A stretch of DNA of 63,888 bases, counting the filler, from Phoronis australis (lineage: Eukaryota > Animalia > Phoronida): NCBI GenBank assembly GCA_002633005.1. It is 8 parts of 8 records of this genome, joined end to end, with 100 filler letters (N's around TTAATTAATTAA, not from the genome) between each part and the next. Parts side by side here need not be neighbours in the genome. Positions count along the whole stretch, not along the records: positions 21,897 to 23,818 come from NMRA01001189.1; positions 23,919 to 46,124 come from NMRA01000994.1; 6 more parts are not named here. The stretch is one strand, 5' to 3'. Within the stretch, counting starts at the first letter, position 1. Each line of letters begins with the position of its first letter. The position numbers and the translations under genes are program-made. The notes below the pieces were generated by a model that had not been told where the DNA came from, made no database searches, and saw only the letters and a program-made list of their open reading frames with translations. Positions 22,001 to 35,409 of the stretch are shown piece by piece.

Positions 22001-24521
22001 GGGAATTCTCGCATATTTCTGTCCGAGACAGAATCGGCTGTTGTTAGCCTTCACAGCTCCAGCAACGCATTTGCCCATGTGTTCACGGCGTATGCCCATT
22101 TGTATAAACTAACTGATGAGATAAATCACAAAAGTAGGCAACAAGTACACAGAAAAAAGTTAAAACCAGCAGTAAGGAAGGGGCCTGGTAAGCTGATACA
22201 CGTGTCGAGAAAATGAAGTATGTAACAGTGCAACACACGTGTCTAAATAACACTAAGAAACACAATAAAAATCTGTAGAAAAAAATCCCTGATTAAGCCT
22301 AACACAATTCTGGTTAAAAATACCTTATATCTTACGAATTTAACACAAGAAATCTTGCACACTTCAACAAACCAAGAGCAACGAAACGACAACGACCGCT
22401 CATTCGGGGCCAGAAACTACTTCCCGTATTGGAATGATGACGTCCATGTCGTGAACACATCCACTAAAACAAGAAACTGTAGGAACACCGCATTTATCCA
22501 CCTTCACTCTTATCAGGCTTCTATTGTGAGTCAGCATGCGTGAATAATTGGCTGATAAGCCACCTCTGGAACTACTTTTGGCTGAATGGATGACCAGGCC
22601 ATAAAATGATAATATTAGCCAAGACCAGTTACTAATGCAACAAAGAATAATGTCGTAGTATCTTCTAGCCTTGGTGGAAAGCTGTATACCGCATTGGCTC
22701 TAATAAACGCTTAGAAAAAATCATTTCACGGGGAGGGGATTCTTATTGTAGCCTACGGCAGTTAAAAGCCGGTTTCCCAAACGGGTAAAATCGGAAGCTA
22801 GGATTCATAAAATTCACGCTTTTTGACGAATTTTTAGCCTATGACAGTCTTTCTACAAAATTGTGGTGCATTGCTATGAACTTCCGTTGTTAAATTACGA
22901 TAATTTTTCAAAAAAGTGTGCTCATCACAGGGCGAAAACTTGCCGACTGATGCGTCGCCGCTGAATCGCCATCGTCAATAGGAAAACTTGTANTTGAAAC
23001 CCGGTTTCCCAAACGGGTAAAATCGGAAGCTAGGATTCATCAAATTTATGCTCTGTGACGTATTTGTAGAATATGACAGCCTTTCTACAAAATTGTGGTG
23101 CTTTGCTATCAACTTCCGTTGTTAAATTACGATAATTTTTCAAAAAATTGTGCTCATCACAGGGCGAAAACTTGCCGACTGATGCGTCGCTGAATCGCGA
23201 TGGTCAATAGGAAAACTTAATGTACTCTTGAATAAAAATATAGTTTTGACTCAACAAATTACCTGAAATCTTCCTCATGTTTTACAATTTTTAAAGTTCA
23301 TGTGGAGTCCAGATTAATTGCGATTAAGTCCAAATGTGCGCTACATCGTACTCCACAACACGAGAAAAATCTCTGGATGAAGACACATGTTGTCACGTGA
23401 CGTTTGTTTTGAAGGTCGTCTACGTATGGGAGTGAGTGAGCGTGCGTGTGCGGGTCATCGACGATAGACTTTTTTGTTACAAAAGGCGGAGGATTATGCA
23501 AGAAAATGGCGTTTACTAGATTGTTTTTCACTTAAACGGCTGTAACGTGCAAGGTGAGTGCTGGTTAACTCACAGATTTTGTGTGCACAGGCCGACTGTC
23601 GTTAGCTCTGCCGTGGAGTATTAATAGTCCAAGGCTCGATCTACATGTTGGGGACGAAATGAACTACCCGGGCTGTGTGAAATTTCTGGGTCTAACGGAG
23701 ACACTGACGCAGTGGTCAGTCAGATCGCTGTATCAAGACTATAGTCAAAATCCAAATTCGTTTTATCGTGTCCCTGTCAATAATAACGGCATGTTAAAGC
23801 CTTCTTAATTTTCGTACTNNNNNNNNNNNNNNNNNNNNNNNNNNNNNNNNNNNNNNNNNNNNTTAATTAATTAANNNNNNNNNNNNNNNNNNNNNNNNNN
23901 NNNNNNNNNNNNNNNNNNCATAGCTTTGATTTTCTCTTGGTCAACCCTGGGTATGAGAGGTTTTTCTCCACATAATGGATAGGTGGTGGTGCCAACAAAA
24001 TACCTGGATAACCAGGCAAAATGTGTTCCCAAAAGAACACCAGTAGGTGACTTTCAGGAAGCAATGGGTGCTGATCACAACATCAGATGGCCAGTGATCT
24101 ATCACCACTTGGCGGTGCCAAGAGGTACTTCTTTGCATAAAACATAGTTTGACTTCATGAAAAGACTCTTTGTACTCTGTATGCGATCAGACATAATGTG
24201 ACCTAGAGGCCACTAGTACCTGATCCCATGTGATTAGCTGCAATGTTGCTACTTGAAAGTCTCCCATTGACGGAAAATACTTCTGTACCCCTTGACTAGG
24301 CTCCCTGTGGCCTGACAATCAAGTCTGGTGTTGGCAAATCCAGAAAACCACATGCTAGTCTCTTAGCTTAGTCTTTACACAATTTGTATCGGGTGTTTGC
24401 CATTTTGTATGAAATGGTAGTCTAGATAATACCATTCCAGAGCTGTTGAGATATGGTGATTCACTTTCACCAGTTTTGAGATGAAAAAGTAGGTAATAGA
24501 CACTTACATTGGTCCCGTATC

Positions 24522-24572
24522 TTGAGAACCAGTTTTGTCCATTGAATAACGGGCATCAAACTGGTTCTTTTA
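24522..24572. repeat. Short hairpin element; inverted copy at ~29178-29228
   Basis: GAGAACCAGTTT...TTGAATAACGGG.ATCAAACTGGTTCT, with its approximate reverse complement in a later SCPx intron. Confidence 0.6.
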
Positions 24573-24796
24573 ATCCAGGACCCCATGTTGGTGGCTATTG
24601 CAAAAAATTGTATTACATCCATTAGCGACTTACCAAGTTCGTGTCTTGCTTAAGAATATTTATTGTTTCTCGTATTAGATTAAATAGGATGTCTTTGATA
24701 AATAGTTTTGCCAGGTGAGGTGAAGGGAATCTAAGTTCACTATAACATTTTGAAAAATGACTCTCGTTTACTTCATTTTATATTTTGGTGTTTTAG

Positions 24797-27700
24797 TTAC
24801 TAAGGCTCTCAAAGATGCTGGTATTCGCTACGAAGACGTCCAACAAGCGTGTGTTGGTTATGTTTATGGTAAGTCTGTGATGAATGGACATTACTGCTGC
24901 AGTGCAGTTTATGTTGCAACATATGTTCATGTGTTGTCAGTCAAAGTTCAAATCACTCTTTCTCATCTTCACGTTCTTGGAAAATTGTTATCAGATGCTA
25001 TAAATACATCTTTAATAATTTGATGCAAATATAGCTTATATATCACTGATGTAAAATTACAACCTAATAATTTCAGTTGTAACAAGCTGGACATTTTAAT
25101 TTAATATTTTGTTGGAGAATTATTATTTGGAACTATATAACAAGCAAATAGTAGATTGTATTTTTCGTGTTGTCAATGAGATTAATGTCCCCTCGCTTAA
25201 TTTCAGGTGACACCACTTGTGGACAAAGAGCAGTTTATGAGCTTGGCATGACAGGCATTCCTATTTTCAACGTGAGTTTTTATTTACCGTGACTAATTGT
25301 CACGACTTTCGTTCTTCACTGTTGACTGAAGCAGCAGTGTGTGTAACTCACATCTGATACAATGTTGTTGTGTCGTTTGACAGTTTTTGGCTCAGGATAC
25401 AGGGAATAGCAGCACCGGCATTGGATTTTTTTGATATTTTGTGCATTCGAGTATTTTATTAATCCTTTTCACGTGGTGATTTTAATGCCGCCTGAGCTGG
25501 GACGTAATGGAGGTTGAATGTCATGGTTGCGTAAGTCCTCTTTTAAATGCCCCAGTTGTTAAAGGAGGTTCAACCTGCCTTCTGTTAGAAAAAGCAAATT
25601 TTTGACAAGACCAGCCACCGTTATGAAATTGGTCTCAAGTTGTGTCCTAGTCAAAACAGGTGTCATTTCTTGGCTTGGAAAGAGTTGACATTTGATTATT
25701 GGTTGAGACCAGACACTACAAGTTGACTTGTCACGCCGTGTCATTTTATGCACCGAGCTAAGTCTCGAAGAGTAACGATGTCTCAGTTCTTACAAATTAA
25801 AACCACTTCTCATTTGGGTAAGGAACATGTTGTGACCAGTTTTATGATAGTAAGTGGTCTGAATCCAAATTAAGTTACTTCAACGAAACATAATATTGCC
25901 CCTTTAATTAGTACTCGTCAAAATAAATTCCGACTGCTTATAGATGTCCCGAATTCCTGTTGGAGGAAACACGTTATTTGTAGTTATGCTGCATTCTGTT
26001 GCAGTAAATGACTAGATTCTACAAGTTCTTGCTAATCAGTAGTTTTCAAAATATACTAAACACACACAGTATTCTGCCAGACTCCAGTAGTTTTCAAAGT
26101 ATACTAAACGCACTTACACAGTACTCTGCCAGACCGGACTCCAGTAGTTTTCAAACTATACTAAACACACGTACATAGTCATCTGCCAGACCAGACTCCA
26201 GTAGTTTTCAAAGTATACTAAACGCACTCACACAGTACTTTGCCAGACTCTGCCAGACTTGCAGAAAGTTCTTGTAAGAGTTATTATGCTGGTTGGTCAC
26301 AATAAAACTTTAGTCAAACTTTAGTGGCAATTTAATGTGATGTTATGCCTAGCTGCTAATTATTTGCTTACGACTAGATTTGCTAGGTAAACTGTGGCGT
26401 GGTTTTGTTGAGATTTAGCCAATGAAAAGGAAGTGGATATTTAGTCACGGTTTTGTGCATTGAAACTTGCCTTTTCTCTGTTCATTTCCCATTGTGCTCC
26501 ATTGTAAAGGAAGGATACTTGATTTTTAAGAATGAATTTGACTTTCATCCAACTGTCTTGACTAGGCATTCTGGGTCATTTACTTATGGTTTTTCTCCAT
26601 TCATGGATAACTTGTATCTTTCAGGTAAACAACGCATGCGCTACTGGTTCAACAGCTCTGTTCATGGCCAAACAGTTTGTACAAGGTGGCATGGCGGACT
26701 GTGTGCTGGCACTCGGCTTTGAAAAAATGCAGAGGGGATCCTTGGCTGCTACGGTATGTATTGGGATCCCAGTGTGATCTTGAATCACTGTGTTCATTGT
26801 TGGTGCCATTTGTTGCATTGGGTGCCAAATTATCTGACAAAATTCAAATTCATTGTTTTTATGGGCAACAACACATCGGGATTGGTAATGGTGATTCTGT
26901 TTTGCTCTCGGCTGTCGCTATGGGGGAAATTACGCCAGTGCTCAGTGGTTGTGATCAGCAATTCCGGGTCATTTTTATGGTTTTTGTGTTAAATTACCTT
27001 GAAATCATTGTGAATATGAAGAGGGATGGGTATCCCCAACCACATATCCTCACAAGTTGAATAGCAATGAAAGAAAAATATGAAATGCTAAACAAATTTT
27101 TTTAGCGAAGCTCAAAGAATTTTGGCATGATAACAAATGAATACGATATTTGTAAAAAGGAAAAGGGAGGGGAAAAACTTTCAGACACTAGTTTTCATTC
27201 ACACTCACTCAGATTGTATTGCTAATTTTGTATATTGACGAAACATATGAAATCATAATTTCAATTATTCCAGTAGTTTACGAGTACATCTTATTACTTC
27301 TGTTAACATGAATCAGAAAAAGTGTTTTTTGTTGCAATGAAAATTAGCAAGTAATTACAAATATCTTGACACTGGTTTGAAAAAGATCAAACTTTTTGTG
27401 ATTATTTTTTATGCTTACTGAATTTTAATCACATCCATGTCGAGTTTAACGGCCTTCACTCTAGTAGTCGAGCCTGCCCGTAATAACTGTCCCTCAAGAG
27501 ACATTCTCACAGATTCCGTACACTTGGTCTCCTGGTTCCCATTTCATGACGGATCATAAGACCAGTCTGGGCTAAGGCGGTTGAAAACTTTAAGTTACCA
27601 ACAGTTCATTAACGTGGTTCGTGGAAATGGGCATCAAGTCTGAATGTGAAAAAAACAACTTCCTGTCAGTTGCAACATGCTCGCTTATCTGAAAAAACAT

Positions 27701-30700
27701 CGCGTTTGTAGTGACGTCCCTACGACTGTCTTAATTACGTCTCCGCTAATGACCTCTGACCCTTGATATCTCTTTTGCAGTTTGATGACCGGACAAACCC
27801 AATGGAGAAACACGTGGAGCTGATGATCAACACCCACGGGTTTGAGTCGTCTCCCATGACTCCACAGATGTTTGGCAATGCTGGCAGGGAACATATGAAG
27901 CTGTATGGTAGGCACTGGAGTCTTGATGTTAGGTGCTTGTGATCGCTGTGGGTGGTAACTACCTCAGTCAACCATGTGTCATGGGCATGGAACACCACCT
28001 ATCTTGGAAGTAGTGAAAAAATTTCATTCAAGGAGCTATTCGTTCCGTTTTGATTCTTTTTGTTTAACCTGTCTTTGTTTTGATTTTTTCTTTGCTTTAA
28101 AGAAAAAACTGTGGTCCAAAAGCATACTTTTATCCCTCCGCTACCGAATGATAAAGACAAAATAGACTTTACGGTGATGTTATCATTTCTATGAAATTGT
28201 ACATCTCTAGTTTGTTTTCTGTTAATGTCGTTCCTGACAATTAACGTGAAGATCAAACTTTTTCGTAGTTTTATGGGGACTATGGTTGCATTTCTTGGCG
28301 AAATGCGTGTTCTGCACACTCTGACTTGAGTTTGTAGGGAGAGGCAGTGCTCAGTGTCTTCAATTGTATTTTCGTTTTCTTTAGGTACCAAACCAGAACA
28401 CTTTGCCAAAATAGCTTGGAAGAACCACCATCATTCAACCAACAACCCGTGAGTAATGCACTAGAAATAAATTTGAATACACGATCGTAGGTTTGCATTG
28501 CAATTTGTTATTTCTATTTTGTCAAGTTCATGTTTCATATTCCTATTGAGATAAATCTTTCTGCTTTCTACTCACTGGTAGCAGAGTTTCTTATAGTTGC
28601 GGAAACAGTTATTCACTTGTCTTGGGACACAATCATGAACAAATTTCACCTCCTTGAAGACTTTTCAATGATTATGCAGCTAAATTCTGGACCATGTTGT
28701 AGGAGCTATTACCACCTTGGTTGACACTTGTGTATGCTGATGCCCACTGAAGTCTTTTCTCTGGGTAGTCAGAGTTTAATTAAAAAGAATTGCTCAATTG
28801 TTTTACGTTTCCAAAGTACATAATATAAGATTTTGTTCATTTCAAGGCTCTCGTAATGCGCGGATCCCTTTGTTACTTTCAGCTATGCTCAATTCCAAAC
28901 AGACTATTCCCTGGAACAGATCCAGTCCGCACCAATGATTCACGAGCCACTGACCAAGTTACAATGCAGGTGAGTGGGCAGTCATCACCTCCTGTCACTT
29001 GATATGTGCTGTTATTGGTAGCAACGATGATGACTGTGGTTTAAACCCACACAAGGCTATTCACATCGCTTGCTATAAATTGTTACGTTGTAGAGTGCTT
29101 AGCACTTTGGAGGCACAGGGATTATTTTTTGTCATTATGAATCCTTGGACTATAGTCGTTTGCAGGCATCGTGGATTTTGAGAACCAGTTTGATACCCGT
29201 TATTCAACGGATAAAACTGGTTCTCAAAATATTATACCCTGTTAGTGACTTCTGTCAATCCTTGTTACTGTTTAGTTAATGGATTACCTTATTTTGTTCC
29301 CATTCTTTTTATATTCTTTGTTAATGGTAATATTTTTTTGGATAAGTTGCAGTTTTGCAGAGCCTTGATATTTGGCATTGGCAGGTGTTAAGTCAAAGCA
29401 TGCCTTTGGTTTGTTAAGAGAGTCTTGTGCTTGCCAGTTGCCCTAATATGTACCCTAATTTGCGAGATCAAGGTTTTTCAGGAAGCAGTGGACTATTGGT
29501 GTAGCTCAGCATTCTATTCAAGTGTGTGAACAAGCTGCGTCTCAAAAAAGTTTGATTTGTCATGTTTCTGCTTTTGTCCAACTTTCTCTTAATCTGTTTC
29601 CCTAGTCTGACAACAGGTGGCTCTTTTGTTTGAATTGTCGTAAAAATAATTACTCCTGAGTGAAGACTAGTATCGATTTCTCGTCTGCTTCCCCAGTCCC
29701 ACATCAGATGGCTCTGCAGCGGCCATCGTCGTTAGCGAGGACTTCGTAAAGAGGCACGGTCTCCAACGACAAGCCATAGAGATTGTCGCCATGGAGATGT
29801 GCACGGACACCTCTAGTACATTCGACGAAAGTAGCTGCATTAAGATGGTACGTTACTGAAGACAGTGCGTATTTTTCAATTGTGTTTTTTAGTGTGGTAA
29901 CCACATTTGAATGGTTCGTGTTTTAGTCCAGCTTGGACTGTAATTGGACTACTGATGATGATTGTATGTAACTGATTACAATGAAATGGTTTGTTAAAAT
30001 TGATTCTATTGTTGGATGGCGCAAACTGAAGAACACTTAAAGTTATGACATTAAAAAATCAAAATGAAAGTTGTTTACATATTGTCTCCAGGTGGGGTAC
30101 GACATGACAAAGAATGCCGCTGAGAAAGTGTTCGCAGCTGCTGGCCTGACGCCTGGTGACGTCAACGTTATTGAACTGCACGACTGTTTTTCGACCAATG
30201 AGCTGCTTACGTATGAAGCCTTGGGGCTCTGCGCTCCTGGTGAGTACTTGCAAACGGTGGATGTCAGACCTCCAAATCCAGCATCTGACATTTGTAAACA
30301 CAAAGCCTGGAGAACAGATGCTGCATCTAGACCTCCAAATATCAACCAACTGGTGTCTCATGCAGTGGCTAATTGTATCCAGCATTTTTTGTGTGGCATA
30401 TTTTTCGTTATTTGTTATTTTTTGCTTGCGTCCTAAATTGATCAACAATGGTTATTGCAGATATTTGCTCTAGCCCCACCTTCCTGAGTTGTTTTCAACC
30501 TTAGTTATGTAATGAGTCTCCTGTAAAATACATATAGATGCAAACTAGTAAGGGTATTTTATTGTCAGAGTATGACAATTACTTTCAATATTAATTTTCC
30601 TGTTAATGTTGGATTCTTCCCTTGTTTACTTTGCCTTGACTGCATGTGAAGACTTAACATTCTTGGTACAATCTGAGGTCGTGACCCATTGACCTACTTA

Positions 30701-33700
30701 CACAGTCTGTTCTGTTATCAGTGGTGGCATTGAATGGACTTTGCTTTTCATATCTTAGTACTATGACCACCATGTGTGTGTGTGTGTGTCTAGCACTGTA
30801 GAGTCTCCTGGGTATAACCTGCTTGGGACATCTCTGTTCTTATTAAGCTGCAAATCTGGCTTAAGGTATGTAGGTATTGGATATTTAAACTGCTCGTTAT
30901 TTCTAGGCAAGGGTGGAGAGTTGGTGGACAGGGGAGACAACACCTATGGTGGTAAATATGTGATCAACCCTAGTGGTGGGCTTATCAGTAAGGGGCATCC
31001 CCTGGGGGCAACAGGTAAGAAGGGGCGATAGAATCCCACTTGGTAGTCGACATGTCAATTTGCAGAGTAGTAAAATGCTTTGTGTTGACAGTAGAACATC
31101 ATGAGTAATAGGTTAACACGTGTGATGAAAGGTGGAATTTCAATGCTTTGAAAAACACATCATTTTGATGAAATCTGATTGATATGTTGTTAGTAAACAT
31201 GTATTGAGTAGTCATAATGCTGTTCTTGTGTGAGCTGATCTGAAGAATTTGAAGCTGCGTGTAATAACAATTTGTTATTTTTGTACCCAAAGTCTTCAAT
31301 ACCCTTACATTATGTAAATGAAGATGATGAGATGTCGAGGAATGTGGATCACATTAATTTTGAAACTTTGTTTGCCAAATTGTATTAAACAGCTTTGCAA
31401 GAAGTTGAATATCTGAATTTTCATTGGCACATTAATTCTTGTTTGTATGCAGCTTTTGTATTGTATGCACTTCTAGTATGTTTGTGTTCATTATAAGAAA
31501 ATTTTAGAGTGCCTTTTAGAGTGTCACATCGTACATTGCATTAGATTTTACATGAGATAATGGTGTTATTCAAACTACAGAAAATTCAGTTTCACTAGGA
31601 ATCACTTATTAGTCACGTACACATTAGAAAGTCTATGTCTTCATAATTAATGTTTTTGTTAATGAAATCTTGGAATAGATACATTGAATTCTTAAGCATC
31701 AATAAATATCCACGTATACTCAGCAAGTGACTAATCGCTTATAAGCTCAAACTAAGTTTTCAAATTTTACACGACCGAGCCAAACATTTTTTGTTGCAAA
31801 ACCCAAGCTTGATGCTGCGTAAAGCTCAAAACAGGTAACACAGACTGCATAATATTGCTGAGGAGAGACAGCAATTAAAACGTTCATCCACTGGTAAACC
31901 TGTACACAATAATATTCTGAATACGGTTATCAGCGAATGGTTTTACTATGAACCAATTTTTTCCTTATGTCAGGCATCCCAAAATTTTACTTCCACCTGC
32001 CATAGAAGCTTGGGAAAATGCCACAATTGACTGATTGGCTAAAAAGTGTTGTTGCTTCTAACCTGTGATTGTTTTGAAAACTGATTTGGTACTTTTTAGT
32101 TGCATTTTTATGACTTTTGAAAAAGAAGTTTGGAAACTTTGCTAGAAATGATGTGGGCAGGTGCAGTGAAGCAAACGTTTCAACATGAATCGCGGCACTG
32201 ATCAGAACCAACTATGCTTTTTTTAACCAAATACAGAAGACAAACGTTGTACAATATTTTCGTTGTTGTAATATTCTAGTGTGACTCATGTACTGCTTTG
32301 TCATCCTGTCTCGTGTTTTTAACTGCTGGGTCCTACAGATGTGGGCATAGACCGGTAGGACACCTAGACCAGAAGGACACCTATTGGAATTTGTTGACTG
32401 TTTCGTATTATACAAACTGAAACATGTTAATTTTTAGGTTTGGCTCAGTGTTCAGAGCTCAACTGGCAACTTCGAGGCATGGCTGGTAGAAGGCAGGTAG
32501 ATGGCGCTAGGGTCGCCCTGCAACACAACATTGGGTTGGGTGGGGCCGTGGTGGTGACGCTATACAAACATGGCTTCCCGGAATATCTGAGGTAATGCTT
32601 GGAGCTAGAATGTTTGTCTATAATGGTTTGTTTAAAAGTATGAGACTTTCGAGCAAAAACTGTGTTCTGTATTTAGATTATGCTATTTTTGTTAGTGGGT
32701 GAAAATACTTTATTACAAAATTGAATTGATGTGAACTGAGGTGTTGATTCTTGTTTTTATTTCTAAAATTATTGCAAGGTCATATTTTGTTTGCTTAGTG
32801 TGGACAAACTTCTGGTTTATGGTTGCTCTGCTTTATGTACTCTGCTTTGTTTGCAGTAAGATGGATTTTGCATTAGTTTGATAAAATCTCTCTGACAAGC
32901 TGTATTTGGCTTATGTGAGTCATTATTTGATAAAACAGTAACAGTAGTTTTCAAAATGAGCTGAAATTCAAGTAAGTTTTGCCACACAAACCACAACTAA
33001 ATTTCCGTTAGAATCTGTTGCAAGTAAGGCTAAATCTTGACGAAATCTCAACGAGTGTTGCTCCATCCACGTTGAAGTCACACAGCTTTCTGCTTAAAAG
33101 TCCACGACGTGGATAAATAACATCACAAGCTCGATGAAAATGGTATTTTATTGCAAGTTTGACAGTTTGGCAGAGCTCTTCTGTCGAGTTTATTTTACAA
33201 ACTACTGTACTTCTGGAAATGAGGCTTAATGTTCTGACCAAACAAGAAAGTGCGCAGGGACACCCTACTGAAGTGATAAGAGGCATGTATTGGTTATGCT
33301 CCAGTGTCATACCTTACAGCCAACAGTCGCGGGTCCAAGCAGTGCCCACCAGCTCAACAGGTGACGACTTCAAGAGCGCCCCTGTTTTCAAAGAAATAGC
33401 CAAAGCATTGGAGGCGGACGGAGAAAAGTTGGCCAAGAAAATGAAAGGTATAGGTTGTGGTTTGGTAATAATCGCCGCCATTATCATCATCATCACCATC
33501 ACCTTTACCACAATCACCATCATCACCACCACGATCATCAGCTTCATCACAATCATCAGTATCACAATAACCATAGTCACCATGAACGTCATCACTATCA
33601 TCATCATCATCATCATTATCATCATCATCATCATCATCACTATCATCATCATCGTCACTATCATCATCACTATCATCATCATCGTCACTATCATCATCAT

Positions 33701-34189
33701 CATCACTATCATGATCATATTTAGGACTGCAAAACAATTTGTCTCAGCATCTTGCTTTCTCAAATGAGAAGTGATTTTTGGGTTTGCAAAGACCAGACAG
33801 TTCGTTATTTCTGAAGAACATGCTCTGCACATAAAATGCCACACCATGACAAGCCACCTTGTGGAGTTTGATCTCAAGCAATAACAAACTGTCAGTTTTT
33901 TGAAAGCCCCGAAATCACTTTAATGTCACAAAGGAACAATTGGAAACAGATTTCGTTACGCTAACTCGTTCAAAACGAAAGTTCTGTATGGAAATATGGG
34001 AAATAGCTGCTCAATCTATATTCTAAACATTGTTTGTGGATTTATTTTGATCAGTAACATTTGCTTGCTTTGTTATCTGTGCAGCTATTTACTGCTTCAA
34101 AGTGACGAACGGACCGGGCGGGAAGGACGCTGTCTGGGTTGTGGACGTGAAGACTGGTAATGGTGCTGTCCGCTACGGTGACACTAAGA
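24797..34189 (+). CDS. SCP2: Sterol carrier protein X (peroxisomal thiolase + SCP2 domain), partial. Exons 24797-24868, 25207-25271, 26625-26753, 27781-27907, 28385-28448, 28883-28969, 29697-29847, 30092-30239, 30907-31014, 32438-32591, 33320-33447, 34085-34189
   Basis: All 12 exons have AG/GT ends and compatible phases. The spliced product has [28 protein letters not shown] (catalytic Cys), [60 protein letters not shown] and [10 protein letters not shown], then the SCP2 domain [19 protein letters not shown]. The first and last exons are not in view. Confidence 0.96.
26037..26250. repeat. Intronic minisatellite, ~4 units of ~48-57 bp
   Basis: CAGTAGTTTTCAAA.TATACTAAAC.CAC...AGTA.TCTGCCAGAC repeated. 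Confidence 0.85.
33480..33718. repeat. (ATC)n-type microsatellite
   Basis: Imperfect CAT/CAC/TAT triplet run inside an SCPx intron. Confidence 0.95.
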
Positions 34190-34557
34190 GTAAGTGGTAA
34201 AGATATGGCTAAACCTTGTCGGAATTATGTAACACTGAGTAAGTGGTGGTGATATGACTAAACTTTGTCAGAATCATGTAACACTGAGTAAGTGGTGACA
34301 ATATGGCTGAACTTTGTCAGAATCATGTAACACTGAGTAAGTGGTGACAATATGGCTGAACTTTGTCAGAATCATGTAACTCTGAGTAAGTGGTGACAAT
34401 ATGGCTAAACCTTGTCAGAATCATGTAACACTGAGTAAGTGGTGACAATATGACTGAACTTTGTCAAAATCATGTAACACTGAGTAAGTGGTGATGATAT
34501 GACTAAACTTTGTCAGAATCATGTAACACTGAGTAAGTGGTGACAATATGGCTGAAC
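34183..34557 (+). repeat. 49-bp tandem repeat starting at an SCPx exon/intron junction
   Basis: Unit GTAAGTGGTGACAATATGGCTGAACTTTGTCAGAATCATGTAACACTGA. GTAAGT recurs every 49 nt from 34190 to 34533, then the array runs into an N gap. Confidence 0.92.
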
Positions 34558-34864
34558 NNNNNNNNNNNNNNNNNNNNNNNNNNNNNNNNNNNNNNNNNNN
34601 NNNNNNNNNNNNNNNNNNNNNNNNNNNNNNNNNNNNNNNNNNNNNNNNNNNNNNNNNNNNNNNNNNNNNNNNNNNNNNNNNNNNNNNNNNNNNNNNNNNN
34701 NNNNNNNNNNNNNNNNNNNNNNNNNNNNNNNNNNNNNNNNNNNNNNNNNNNNNNNNNNNNNNNNNNNNNNNNNNNNNNNNNNNNNNNNNNNNNNNNNNNN
34801 NNNNNNNNNNNNNNNNNNNNNNNNNNNNNNNNNNNNNNNNNNNNNNNNNNNNNNNNNNNNNNNN

Positions 34865-34950
34865 CATCCACTATACATTGTTAATACAATAACCACAACA
34901 CATCCACTATACATTGTTAATACAATAACCACAACACATCCACCATACAC
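34865..34950. repeat. 36-bp tandem repeat on the right side of the gap
   Basis: CATCCACTATACATTGTTAATACAATAACCACAACA, about 2.3 copies. Confidence 0.8.
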
Positions 34951-35409
34951 TTTTAATAAGATAATGATAGCATGATGGCTAAATATTTAGTGAAGAAATT
35001 TATGAGTCTTGACCAGATGTGAATTACCTAGTTTCCAAACAAATTAGATTTTGATAGGTTTTAAAGCGCCCATTACTTGTGTAATCGCCCATACCCTATT
35101 TTGTGCTAATTTCTGCGTAAGTGTCCACCTCTTGATTTAAATTGACCAATCAATCAACTCCCCTCTTGATGTAATGGCACGCGAGCACCTGATTTTGATA
35201 CCTTTATGTCCTGGGTCAACCCATACTTGAATTGACCAAATAATCCAACCCCCTCTACTTGTAATTGCAGGCATGAGAGCACGGGATGTTGACAGATTTA
35301 TTTCCTCAGATTTAAACTGAGCAATATTCACACACCCCTCTGGTTGCAAACAGTTTGTGTCAGCCAGGAACGAATCGTCTGTGTTTTTAATCCAGTGTGT
35401 TTGCCAAGT

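Noticed and set aside
22768-23220. ~225-bp direct duplication around the n at 22993 (similar cases at n 1930 and n 56048)
   Set aside because: Duplications centred on a single n are typical of unmerged overlapping contig ends or haplotypes.
23940-24420. Faint LTR-retrotransposon RT/RNase H-like words on the minus strand (LGHIMS, KYLFG)
   Set aside because: Too short and too interrupted to support without a profile search.
33159-33877. Long poly-Ile, poly-Met, poly-Asp and poly-His ORFs
   Set aside because: They are translations of the (ATC)n microsatellite; only 33320-33447 is a real SCPx exon.
34190-34557. CRISPR-like regular repeats (also 63003-63327 and 45865-46124)
   Set aside because: Head-to-tail units without unique spacers, in a eukaryotic intron context with no cas genes.
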